From Myxococcota bacterium (lineage in GTDB: Bacteria > Myxococcota > JACRCW01): DNA of 64,000 bases. Made by a program: the position numbers and the translations under genes. How positions within the stretch are numbered: position 1 is the stretch's first letter; each line of letters begins with the position of its first letter. The stretch spans positions 24,805-88,804 of the forward strand of contig JBFMGU010000008.1 in the NCBI GenBank assembly GCA_040752415.1, given 5' to 3'. Of this stretch, positions 20,198 to 29,059 are shown in pieces. The notes under the pieces were generated by a model. That model did no database searches. It was not told the origin of the DNA and worked only from the letters and a program-made list of their open reading frames with translations.

Positions 20198-20418
20198 CTG
20201 GCCAGCCGGTGGAACGTGTCCCGGAATTCGCACATGAACTCCCGCCCAGCCTCCACCTGCTCCGCCACGCTCGGGTCATGCGGCGTCAGGCGAAGGCCGT
20301 CCGGAGTCTCGGTTACGAACAACGTATCCCCCTTCTCCACCTGCAACTTCGCCACGATCTCTTTGGGCAGGATGATCCCCAGGGACTTGCCTACCTGGAT
20401 CAGCTTGAGCGCGTGCAT
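20194..20418 (-). CDS. AbrB/MazE-family antitoxin, orphan
   Basis: LKLIQVGKSLGIILPKE..LQVEKGDTL..TPDGLRLTPHDP; GAGGA RBS. Confidence 0.85.
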   Translation of the reverse strand: MHALKLIQVGKSLGIILPKEIVAKLQVEKGDTLFVTETPDGLRLTPHDPSVAEQVEAGREFMCEFRDTFHRLAR

Positions 20419-20472
20419 GACGTCCTCACATCATGATGGCGACGGTCGTCATAACAGCCACAACCGTGCCGG

Positions 20473-21891
20473 TCACAGCGGATCGGCGCAGCAGCGGAAT
20501 CCCGTCGAGTAGTCCCAGTGCAGCCGGTCATGCGCGGTGGTGCGGTAGAGGCACCCCTCCCCGTTGATGCGCGTGTCCACGTAGAAGCCGCCGCGGAACG
20601 TGCCCGCGGGGTCGGCGGTCCACTCGTGCAGGTTGCCCATCATGTCCATCAGCCCTTCCGACGTCACGCAGCCCGCGTTCTCGCCCGTCACATCCAGCCC
20701 GTTGGCCAGCTGGTTGAGACACGGGTGACCAATCTTCGAGAACGGGTCCGGATCGTCGGGGCCAAAGTACTCAATCGCCGGGTGCGTCGAGCGCGCGTCG
20801 TTGCAGACGCCATCCTGTCGCGCGTTGCCGTAGGGATAGATCCTTCCGTCGGGGCCCTGGCACGCGCGCAGCCATTCCACGTCGGTGCATAGGCGCTTGC
20901 CCGCGTTCTGGCACGCCGCTTCGGCTTGATTCGCGTTGATATAGCCTTGCGGTACCGCGCCCGCCGCGCTCATTGCGCGCATGGCCCGGTTGCCGGGATT
21001 GAAATACGGTGACCAGTCCCCCACGCCGCCATCCGGCAACATCTCGACGAGAACCGCCTCGTACACATCCACGCAGAAGCCATCCACCAGCTTCATGCCC
21101 GCGGGACACGCGGCATCCCAGCTCTCCTCGACGATCCCCACGTTGGGCAGCGGATGGTCCGCCTCGGTGCACTGGGGAGAATCGTCGGGCGGGTGACAAC
21201 ACTGGATGTCCGCCGGTCCCGGGCAATACCCCGCGGTGCTCACCCAGCTCCCACCACACAGCGACGTGCTCGCGCACACACCCGCCACTCCCGCCACGCT
21301 GCACTCCCCGTGCTCCGACGGAAACGCCGCACACGCCTCCATCCCCTCATCGGTGTCGCAGCCCTGCTCCGCGCAGCACGTCTCGAACGTGGCCGGGCCC
21401 GCGTCGCGGGGAGAAGGCGGCGCGCAGCACTGGATGTCCGCCGGTCCGGGACAGAGGCCCGCGGTGCTGACCCAGTCCCCGCCGCACAGGCTCGTGCTCA
21501 CGCAGACGCCCGCGTTCCCGTCCACCGCGCACCGGCCGTGCTCCGGCTCATACGCCGCGCACGTTGCGGTCCCGTCCGAGTCCTGGCACCCGCGCGTCTC
21601 GCAACACGACTCGAACGTGACCACCCCCGCATCCCCACCCGCGGCGTCGGGCGTGGTCGCGTCGCGTGCGCCCGCGTCGGTCCCCGTTGTGGCGTCCACC
21701 CCGCCCCCGTCCCAACCCGCGTCGCGCGGCAAGGCGGCGTCCGCCACGGTGGCATCGACCGACCACGGAACGTCCCACCTCCCGGCCGCGTCGAGCCCGG
21801 GTCCCGCGTCCTCGCGCGGTGCGTCATTCCCGGTGCAGGCCCCCAGGCCCAATCCCAGCACCAACCACCCCAGCGTCGCCGTGCGCATCAC
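20473..21891 (-). CDS. FGE-sulfatase (SUMF1-like) domain lipoprotein with two Cys-rich repeats
   Basis: LGLGAC lipobox; ACQNAGKRLCTDVEWLRAC, YPYG, DMMGNLHEW, RGG, GFRCC. Confidence 0.85.
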   Translation of the reverse strand: MMRTATLGWLVLGLGLGACTGNDAPREDAGPGLDAAGRWDVPWSVDATVADAALPRDAGWDGGGVDATTGTDAGARDATTPDAAGGDAGVVTFESCCETRGCQDSDGTATCAAYEPEHGRCAVDGNAGVCVSTSLCGGDWVSTAGLCPGPADIQCCAPPSPRDAGPATFETCCAEQGCDTDEGMEACAAFPSEHGECSVAGVAGVCASTSLCGGSWVSTAGYCPGPADIQCCHPPDDSPQCTEADHPLPNVGIVEESWDAACPAGMKLVDGFCVDVYEAVLVEMLPDGGVGDWSPYFNPGNRAMRAMSAAGAVPQGYINANQAEAACQNAGKRLCTDVEWLRACQGPDGRIYPYGNARQDGVCNDARSTHPAIEYFGPDDPDPFSKIGHPCLNQLANGLDVTGENAGCVTSEGLMDMMGNLHEWTADPAGTFRGGFYVDTRINGEGCLYRTTAHDRLHWDYSTGFRCCADPL

Positions 21892-22175
21892 AGCATTGTC
21901 GGCACCCGTCCCACCTCCGACCTGCGCGTTTTCTGCGAGCGAGCGCCAAACTCCGGCGCAAGTCGGTCACCCTGCGGATACGAAAACTCTTCGGCATCAC
22001 GGATCCGCGGGCGGGCCGGACCGGGAAAGCCTCACAACTTCAAGGGCTTGTGCGGTTCCGCCGGGAGCTTGGCCGCGCGCACGCCGTGCGCACCGTCTCT
22101 GGTCATTTCACCGATACTGGCCTAGTCAATCCATACCAAGGTGCCGGCTCGCCGGCTTTTCCTTCGAGGTCGCAC

Positions 22176-23588
22176 GTGACGACGATTGGTTCCGGGGGTG
22201 GTTACGCGTCGCTTGGGTCGGTCCATGCGGGGCTGTTGGAGCGCATGGGCATTCCAGGGGAGGTGGCATCCCTGGCCGGCGCGCAGATCGACGCCGAGGT
22301 GGGCGACTTCGCGGGAATGGCCAACAACCTGTCCGACCTGTTCGAGAAGAACATTGGTCGACAGGCTGCCGAGGCGCTGCTCGGCGGTGCGCTGCCCCCG
22401 CCCATGTTCACGCCGCGTCCCGGCGAGATGATGGCGCAGATCCTGGACAGCCCGCTGGCCAAGGCGCTCGGCGCTCCCCCGGGGTTCCATCCCATGGGCG
22501 CCATGAAGCGCGAGCAGCCCTTTGGCGACGGGAAGCTCGGCAAATCCATCGAGAAGGCCATCAAGAAGGACCCGCACTTCAAGGCCGCCATGGAGAAGGC
22601 GCTGGGTGGGGTGATCATCCCCGACGGCCGCAACGACGGGAAGCTCACCGTGTTCCGTCCGCCGGTGAACACCGTGGGTGAGATCATGAAGGGCGCGCTG
22701 GCCAAGGGTCTGCTCGCCGGCGGCGGAATCGCCGGTGCGCTGGCCGGGATGGGCCTGCCCTTTGGTGCCGGTGGTCCGCTCGGGCATGCGCTTGGTCGTC
22801 TTGCCGCCAACCTCGCCAACTTCGCCGAGAACGGGCCGCTGGGCGCGTCGGGAAGCAAGAGCGCACAGAGCGCCGGGGGCGCGGGCGACGCGGGTGGCGT
22901 CGGTGGCAACGGCAGCAAGTGGGGCCTGGGTGCCGAGGAGGCCCAGTTCGCGCAGGGCATGGGCATTGACCTCGCGCACGCCAGCTTCGAGGACGTCCTC
23001 TTCCTCCTTCTCATGAAGTACGCGAAGAAGAAGGAAGACGACATCATGAAGAAGGTGCAGGAGCTGGATAAGTCCATGCAGTCCGGCGGCGCCGGTGGTG
23101 AGGGCGGCGGCGGCGGTGGCATCGGCGACATCATGGGCGGCGGTGGCGCCGGTGGTCCCAAGGGCGCCGGTGGTCCCAAGGGCGCCGGTGGTCCCAAGGG
23201 CGCCAAGGGCGCGGGTGGTCCCAAGGGTGCCAAGGGCGCGGGCGGTCCCAAGGGCGCCAAGGGCGCGGGCGGTCCCAAGGGCGCCAAGGGTGCCAAGGGC
23301 AACATGGCCATGGGTGCCGTGAACCAGGTGGCCGGCGCGCTCGGTGGCGGCGGTGGTGGTGGCGGCGGCGCGGGCAAGACCGGCGGTGGTGGCGGCGGCG
23401 GCGGAGGTGGCATGCAGGGCGCCAACCTCGGCGAGAAGATGGACACCTCCAAGATGAGCGACACCATGAAGCAGCAGATGCTGCAGAAGCTCATGGGCGA
23501 CCTGCAGAAGCTCTACGAGATGCTCTCGAACATGATCAAGAGCATGCACGACATGCAGATGACGCCCACCCGCAACCTGCGCGGCTGA
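22176..23588 (+). CDS. Gly-rich protein with collagen-like tract and type III secretion filament-like C-terminal helix
   Basis: GAGGT RBS before GTG 22176; strong GC-type codon bias; no Cys; ends LQKLYEMLSNMIKSMHDMQMTPTRNLRG; product call is inference. Confidence 0.6.
   Translation: MTTIGSGGGYASLGSVHAGLLERMGIPGEVASLAGAQIDAEVGDFAGMANNLSDLFEKNIGRQAAEALLGGALPPPMFTPRPGEMMAQILDSPLAKALGAPPGFHPMGAMKREQPFGDGKLGKSIEKAIKKDPHFKAAMEKALGGVIIPDGRNDGKLTVFRPPVNTVGEIMKGALAKGLLAGGGIAGALAGMGLPFGAGGPLGHALGRLAANLANFAENGPLGASGSKSAQSAGGAGDAGGVGGNGSKWGLGAEEAQFAQGMGIDLAHASFEDVLFLLLMKYAKKKEDDIMKKVQELDKSMQSGGAGGEGGGGGGIGDIMGGGGAGGPKGAGGPKGAGGPKGAKGAGGPKGAKGAGGPKGAKGAGGPKGAKGAKGNMAMGAVNQVAGALGGGGGGGGGAGKTGGGGGGGGGGMQGANLGEKMDTSKMSDTMKQQMLQKLMGDLQKLYEMLSNMIKSMHDMQMTPTRNLRG
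23145..23297 (+). repeat. 18/27-bp tandem repeats encoding (Gly-X-Y)17
   Basis: ggcgccggtggtcccaag x3, then GAK-GAG-GPK x3, then GAK-GAK. Confidence 0.92.
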
Positions 23589-23621
23589 ACTTTCTCGTCG
23601 TCACGCGGGCAGTCCTCCACG

Positions 23622-24245
23622 ATGCAATGTGCCGTCCAGCGCCGCTCCATCTACCTGGCCCCGCCGGGGACGATGGACCGGCACTGGATCGCGCGTGAGT
23701 TCAGCAAGCCGCACATCTACGAGATGTTCGGGTTCAACTCGCCCGCGAGCATGCTCATCGGCAATCGCGTGCGGGATGACCTCATCGTCGGGGCCATCAG
23801 GCTCACCAGCCACCAGGTGCGCATTGGTTTCGCGCTGATGTTCCCACCCACGGACCTCGTGGAGTTCTGGGAGTTCGGCTACGCCATCACCGAGCCGAAA
23901 CACCGCAACGCGTTCAACGCGGTCAACGCCATGGACGCCATGGCCCATTACACGCTGGACCTCATGGGGCTCCCGCTCGTCGGGGGGCGCACCCGGGAGG
24001 ACAACCGCGCCGCCGCAGCCATTGCGCTGCGCTCCGGTCACAAGCCGCTCTACACGCGCCAGTGGGACGGACACACCTACACGTTCTACACGCTGGACCA
24101 GGCGGGCTGGGCCAAGCGCAAAGAGAAGCTGGAGCGCGGGGAGAAGGAGCACCCGTACACCGGCGCGGTGTTTCACGTGATGGAGTCGCCGCCGTATATT
24201 CCGGTCCAGCCGCAAGGCGCGGCTCCCGGGGACACCGGCGCATGA
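23622..24245 (+). CDS. GNAT (RimJ/RimL-like) N-acyltransferase
   Basis: WEFGYAITEPKHR and TREDNRAA...LRSG motifs; acetyl-CoA loop atypical. Confidence 0.6.
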   Translation: MQCAVQRRSIYLAPPGTMDRHWIAREFSKPHIYEMFGFNSPASMLIGNRVRDDLIVGAIRLTSHQVRIGFALMFPPTDLVEFWEFGYAITEPKHRNAFNAVNAMDAMAHYTLDLMGLPLVGGRTREDNRAAAAIALRSGHKPLYTRQWDGHTYTFYTLDQAGWAKRKEKLERGEKEHPYTGAVFHVMESPPYIPVQPQGAAPGDTGA

Positions 24246-25234
24246 ACCGCACCTATGACCTGCTCAACCTCCGCAGCAGCGGCAACCCGGGCTTTGCCCG
24301 ACTGTTCTCCCGCGCCCACAGCCACGCCTGGGACATCGACCGCGACGTCGACTGGACGCAGGGGCTGCACACCGACGACGAGCTGGTGGCGGCGGGCTGG
24401 GCGCCCTACTCCCGCACCGAAGCCTATGCGCGGCTAAGCGCACAGGAGCGCGCGCATTTCAACCGTCGCGCGTTGTCGTGGACGCTCAACAGCCTGCGGC
24501 TGGGCGAGAGTGTGGCCTTGGAGGTGTGCCTCAAGATTGCGCAGGGGACGCGGCTGGATGACTACCGCAACCACGCGGCGGCGCAGGCCATGGATGAGGC
24601 GCGGCACCACCAGGTCTATGTGCGGCTCATCGAGATGATGGGCGAGCCACCCGACGAGGTGGACCGCGCCACGCGCAACATGTTCGACGAGGTGCTCTCG
24701 CTGGACGAGCTGGTGGACCTGGTGGCGTGGGAGCAGTTCTACCTGGAGAGCGTGGCGGTGAACGTGCTGCGCGGCGTGCGCGACCACGCCACCCACCCGC
24801 TGATCAAGAAGGTGTTCTCGCTCAACCTGCGCGACGAGGCGCGCCACCTGGGCTTTGGCGTGCTCTTCATCCAGGAGCACTTCAAGACGCTGAACCTGGA
24901 GGACCGCATTGCGTTTGCCCGACGGTGGCTCAACCAGATCCTCACGCTGAGCTTTGGCGGCCAGGACCCGGTGGCCATCCAGCGGCTCACGCGGTGGCTC
25001 TATGAGTCGGGCGTGGCGGACAGCGTGCAGACCGCCATGAACATGCTCAACCAGCAGGGCGTGGTGTTGCAGCAGGAGCTGGAAGCGGTGTTCCGCGGTG
25101 AGCGCATTCCGCAGGAGCTCAAGAGCGCGCAGCAGGCGGGACTGTTGGCGCCGGAGATCCTGGAGGCGCTGGGGCTGCAGAACCATCCGGTCATCCTGGG
25201 GACGCTGCGCTCGGCGGACCCGGTCTTCGAGTGA
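24242..25234 (+). CDS. ferritin-like diiron oxygenase (AurF-like)
   Basis: WDIDRDVDW, GE, DEARH, E, DEARH carboxylate/His ligand pattern; ATGA overlap with upstream gene. Confidence 0.8.
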   Translation: MNRTYDLLNLRSSGNPGFARLFSRAHSHAWDIDRDVDWTQGLHTDDELVAAGWAPYSRTEAYARLSAQERAHFNRRALSWTLNSLRLGESVALEVCLKIAQGTRLDDYRNHAAAQAMDEARHHQVYVRLIEMMGEPPDEVDRATRNMFDEVLSLDELVDLVAWEQFYLESVAVNVLRGVRDHATHPLIKKVFSLNLRDEARHLGFGVLFIQEHFKTLNLEDRIAFARRWLNQILTLSFGGQDPVAIQRLTRWLYESGVADSVQTAMNMLNQQGVVLQQELEAVFRGERIPQELKSAQQAGLLAPEILEALGLQNHPVILGTLRSADPVFE

Positions 25235-26064
25235 CGCTCCACGACGTCGAGAAGGTACCCGGGGCGGGCGTGCGGCTGATGGCTCGCGGTCGCCGGCTGG
25301 GGGAGCTGGATGTGGCCGCGCTGGGCGCGCTGGTGCGCGGTGAAGGCGCGGTGCTCCTGCGTGGATTCCAGCCCCGGGCGGAGGAGTACGCCACGCTGAT
25401 GCGGCGGCTGCTGCGTCGGCACAAGCACACGCCGGTGCACCGTGGGACGCATCCGCTCCACCGGCTGCTCCAGACCACCACGCCGGGAACGCAGGCCATG
25501 AGCTACCACGCGGAGTACGCGCACCTGCCGGACCGCGTGGATGTCATCTCGTTCTGGTGCCAGGTTCCCGGCGGGGAGACCCGCGTGTGCGACGGGGCGC
25601 GGTTGATGGACGCGGTTTCTCCGACGACACGCGAGCTCCTCACCGCGCAGCGCATCCGCTACCTGGCGTGGCACGACCCCGCGGCGTGGACGGCGGCATG
25701 CGGCACCCACGACGTCACCGAGGTGCAGAAGCAGGCGGAGGGGATGGCGGGATACCAGGTGCACCCGGGGCCGGGTGGCGGGCTCATCACTGAATTCACC
25801 ACGGGCGCCATCACCGGGCCGACTCCCGCGCTGGTGGCGAACCTGCTTCCCGGTGCGTACGCGGCGCTCACGGTGGTGCTGGAGGACGGGAGGCCGGTTC
25901 CGGGTGACGTGGTGGAGGATGTCCGGTCTTCCGCGGGGCGTTGCGGCGTAGGCATGGTGTGGGAGCCGGGTGACGTCGTGCTGCTGGACAACTGGCGCAT
26001 GCTGCATGGGCGCGGGGAGCAGACGACGTCGCGGAAGGCGTGGGCGGTGCTGGGGTACTGGTGA
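25231..26064 (+). CDS. TauD/TfdA-family Fe(II)/2-oxoglutarate dioxygenase
   Basis: VLLRGF, YHAE, FWC..GGETRVCDG, WEPGDVVLLDNWRMLHGR; GTGA overlap. Confidence 0.85.
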   Translation: MTLHDVEKVPGAGVRLMARGRRLGELDVAALGALVRGEGAVLLRGFQPRAEEYATLMRRLLRRHKHTPVHRGTHPLHRLLQTTTPGTQAMSYHAEYAHLPDRVDVISFWCQVPGGETRVCDGARLMDAVSPTTRELLTAQRIRYLAWHDPAAWTAACGTHDVTEVQKQAEGMAGYQVHPGPGGGLITEFTTGAITGPTPALVANLLPGAYAALTVVLEDGRPVPGDVVEDVRSSAGRCGVGMVWEPGDVVLLDNWRMLHGRGEQTTSRKAWAVLGYW

Positions 26065-26081
26065 GGACCGTTCAGGGTTCC

Positions 26082-27455
26082 TCACGGTCTCCGCGGCGTG
26101 GCCCCCACGCACTGGAGGCCCTCTTCCGCGCGCCACGTCAGCGACGCCGCCGCCAGCGTGAACACCGGCATCTCCGCCATCACCGCGCGCTCCAGGTATC
26201 CCGTCGACACCAGCTCCGCGAGCACGTCGGCACCCATGGGCTGCACATGCACCGCCAGCTCCACGCGGTCCGGCTGCTCTCCCGCGTACACGTACGCGCG
26301 CGTGCGGTGCGTCTGCGTCCAACCGGGGTCGCTCGGCAACAACGCCGTGGGAGCGGGCATCAACACGCTGTCATAACGCGCGGCCTCCCAGAACAGGTGC
26401 GTGGGCGCGTCGGCCTCGTCGTACAGCCAGTCGCGCATGAGCCAGAGGTTCTCGTCGCCGGAGCGGGTGATGTCGCCGTGGGGCGGGAGCACGCCACTGG
26501 AGTACGCCAGCTCCTCCCCGCGGTACGCCTTCACCTCCACCCACACCCGACGATCCTGCGCCGCCCCGCTCGGAAACGCGTGCCCCGCGGCGATGTTCTC
26601 CAGCGTCACCTGGATATCCACCACGCCACCCTCGCGGTACACGCACAGCTCACTGAGCAGCGTGGAATCCAGCATCCGCTGCACCTGCGCGCGCTGCTCC
26701 TCGCGGTTCGGGAACTCGGTCAGCGCCACGTCGACACCCGGCCACGCGTGCGAGTGGGTCCTGCGCGTGGGCCCTCCCGTCGCCGCCGGCGCATTGCGAC
26801 CATCCATGTGGCACGCGTTGCACGTGAGCCCGCCCTCCGACGGGGGTCGCGAGTAGATGCTGTGCTGCCACTCCTTGAACGTGCGCTCCAGCTCGACGTT
26901 GCGTGGCGTGACGATGTCATGGCAGCTCCCGCACAACGTGGCGGACTCCACGGAATCCCGCGCGTGCAACGCTGAGTACTCCGCGCGGTGCGCCGGATTG
27001 GCCACGGGATTGCGGAACCCTCCGCGCATGATTCCGTCCATGGACAGTCGCAGCGGGTTGTTGTGCGTGCCCTCCACCCCGACGACGGAATGGCAATAGA
27101 AACACGTCACACCCTGCAGGTGCTCCGGGAGCTCCGCGGCATTGAGCCCATCGGTGGTCGCGCCCAGGGCCACGGCGAGCGGAGCGTGGCAACGGATGCA
27201 GAAGTCCCCGAGCGCGCCGTTGGTGGCCTCCTGCCCTCGTCGGTTCATCGCCAGGAAGACCGGGTCCCGCGCGGCATACGCGTGCATGCTCCCCGACCAC
27301 TCCCGGTAGTGCTCCGCGTGGCAACCGGCGCACGTCACCGGGTCCATGAGCTCCTCGACGGACAACGACGTCCTCCCCGCATCCGCGGCGCCACCACCGC
27401 CGGAGGTGCATCCCAGCGCCAGGAGCATCACACCCACGTACCGCATCCGCGTCAT
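26082..27455 (-). CDS. pentaheme c-type cytochrome lipoprotein
   Basis: Five CxxCH motifs (CAGCH, CIRCH, CFYCH, CGSCH, CNACH); WSGSMHA; AGHAFPSG; LALGC lipobox. Confidence 0.88.
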   Translation of the reverse strand: MTRMRYVGVMLLALGCTSGGGGAADAGRTSLSVEELMDPVTCAGCHAEHYREWSGSMHAYAARDPVFLAMNRRGQEATNGALGDFCIRCHAPLAVALGATTDGLNAAELPEHLQGVTCFYCHSVVGVEGTHNNPLRLSMDGIMRGGFRNPVANPAHRAEYSALHARDSVESATLCGSCHDIVTPRNVELERTFKEWQHSIYSRPPSEGGLTCNACHMDGRNAPAATGGPTRRTHSHAWPGVDVALTEFPNREEQRAQVQRMLDSTLLSELCVYREGGVVDIQVTLENIAAGHAFPSGAAQDRRVWVEVKAYRGEELAYSSGVLPPHGDITRSGDENLWLMRDWLYDEADAPTHLFWEAARYDSVLMPAPTALLPSDPGWTQTHRTRAYVYAGEQPDRVELAVHVQPMGADVLAELVSTGYLERAVMAEMPVFTLAAASLTWRAEEGLQCVGATPRRP

Positions 27456-27458
27456 GCC

Positions 27459-27929
27459 TCAGCCCTCGATGCACGCGTGGAAGGTGATGATCTCCTCCGC
27501 GCCTCCGTCGGGGGTGACGTGCACGTTGAGCTCCCAGCGCCCGGGCATGAACAGGTTGAAGGGGCCCACCTGGTACTCCCCCGTCGTCGACTCGGTGCCC
27601 GGAAAGTCGGCGGGGTTGGTACCGTGCCCGTGCTGCGGCATGAACGGCTTCAGCGTCACCTGCGCGCCGCCCACCGGTGTCGTCGTGGCTGGGGTCTCCA
27701 CGCGCAGGATCCAGGTGTTGTCGCCCTTCTCCGCGGGCTCCGGCGTCATCCGCTGGATGCGTACCTGCACCGCCCCGCCGTCGGCGCGGCGCGCCAGCCC
27801 GGCCATCGCGTCGTCGTCACAGATGCCGCTCGCGTCGGGCTGCTGGCCGCCGTCCACGCCCCCGTCCGCGCCGCCCATCACCCCGCAGCCCGTCGTCAGG
27901 GCCATCCACAGGAAACACCAGTGTCTCAT
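27459..27929 (-). CDS. YtkA/FixH-like lipoprotein
   Basis: GDNTW, PFMPQHGHG, GEY..FNLFMPGRWEL. Confidence 0.7.
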   Translation of the reverse strand: MRHWCFLWMALTTGCGVMGGADGGVDGGQQPDASGICDDDAMAGLARRADGGAVQVRIQRMTPEPAEKGDNTWILRVETPATTTPVGGAQVTLKPFMPQHGHGTNPADFPGTESTTGEYQVGPFNLFMPGRWELNVHVTPDGGAEEIITFHACIEG

Positions 27930-28054
27930 CACGCGGGCAACGTACAACGCCCCCGTGGGTGGTGAAACCGTAATGTCTGGCGAAACGCTTGCGTGCGCGG
28001 GTCGGGAATGGGACGCGCCGCGGGAGAGGGACGGGCGCGCCGGCGGAGCGAGGA

Positions 28055-28453
28055 TCAGATGGCGCGGTTGGTGAGGTCGTCGACCGACATTCCCTCGTAG
28101 TCGGACGAGAACTCCACCACGGCCTTCCACGTCTGGGCGAGGCGACGGCCCTCCGCGGTGTCGAGCGCCTTGCTGTCGTCCAGGTCGGCCTTGGCAATGG
28201 CCTTCATGGCGTCGGCCAGGGCGCGGTTCACCTCGGTGATGGAGGGGCTGGCCTTGCCGGTCTTGGCCGCCGCGTAGCGGTGCACCTTGTCCAGCGCTGT
28301 GTCGAGGGAGCCACCGTCGCCATAGGTATCCTTGAGCAGCGAGATGTCCCGCTTGGAAACCTTGCCATCGGTGCGGCCCACGGAGTCTGCTTCCTTCATC
28401 AACGCGGAAAGCAGTTGGACGCCAGAGCGAACGGTGCTGAGCTTCACGGACAT
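28055..28453 (-). CDS. small hypothetical protein with EF-hand-like loops
   Basis: AGAGGAGA RBS; DGKVSKRD and DLDDSKALDTAE. Confidence 0.7.
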   Translation of the reverse strand: MSVKLSTVRSGVQLLSALMKEADSVGRTDGKVSKRDISLLKDTYGDGGSLDTALDKVHRYAAAKTGKASPSITEVNRALADAMKAIAKADLDDSKALDTAEGRRLAQTWKAVVEFSSDYEGMSVDDLTNRAI

Positions 28454-28517
28454 GGGTCTCTCCTCTGATCAGGCGTCGCCGTCATCAACGACGAGGCCGG
28501 GGTTGGACGTGGTGCTG

Positions 28518-28949
28518 CTAACGGGACGTGCCGGGTTTGCGGGTGCTGTTGTCCACGCGGGCCCCCAGCGCGGACATCTTCTCCAGGCCCGCGAAACACG
28601 CGGCCAGGCGGGGAAGCAGGTGGTTGGGATCCTCGACGACCAAGGCGCGCGCCTCCAGCGCCTGCCGCACATCCAGGGTGCCGTCGACGAGACGCTCCAG
28701 CGCCTTCACCGTCAACCCCAACCGGAGCACGGGGTTCTCCACCTGCTCCGGCACCACGCAGATGCGGCCTTCCCGCGCCACCAGGGCCCAGGGGACACGT
28801 GCGACGTCGGTGGCAATGATCAGCTCCACCGGTCCGCCCACGCGCTGGAACACGGCCACGGGCTGATCCCACAACGCGCGCTGGAGGCGGTGCATGGCCA
28901 GCACCATGCGTGCCGCGGGATCCCTGGTAGGAACCGAGGGTGCCGTCAT
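28518..28949 (-). CDS. SCP2 sterol/lipid-binding-like domain protein
   Basis: LGLTVKALERLVDGTLDVRQALEARALVVEDP resembles the SCP2 C-terminal motif; GGAGG RBS. Confidence 0.55.
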   Translation of the reverse strand: MTAPSVPTRDPAARMVLAMHRLQRALWDQPVAVFQRVGGPVELIIATDVARVPWALVAREGRICVVPEQVENPVLRLGLTVKALERLVDGTLDVRQALEARALVVEDPNHLLPRLAACFAGLEKMSALGARVDNSTRKPGTSR

Positions 28950-29059
28950 GATCCCTCCACGCGTTCGCCCGACGGGCGCACGGGCCCCTGCATGCCGCGC
29001 GGGAAAACGAAGTGCAAGGTCTGGCCGGTGACAACGCGGTGAAATTGGAGAGGTCCTCC

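Noticed and set aside
20473..21000. FGE/C-lectin-fold gene as a diversity-generating retroelement target
   Set aside because: No template repeat differing at adenines and no reverse transcriptase in the window
22070..22084. Possible sigma54 promoter before the Gly-rich gene
   Set aside because: GG-N10-GC spacing is present but the TT before GC is missing; expected by chance at this GC content
21666..22175. Long N-terminal extension of the Gly-rich ORF
   Set aside because: Overlaps the divergent FGE gene and lacks codon bias; RBS plus GTG at 22176 is the better start. Similar trimming was applied to several other ORFs
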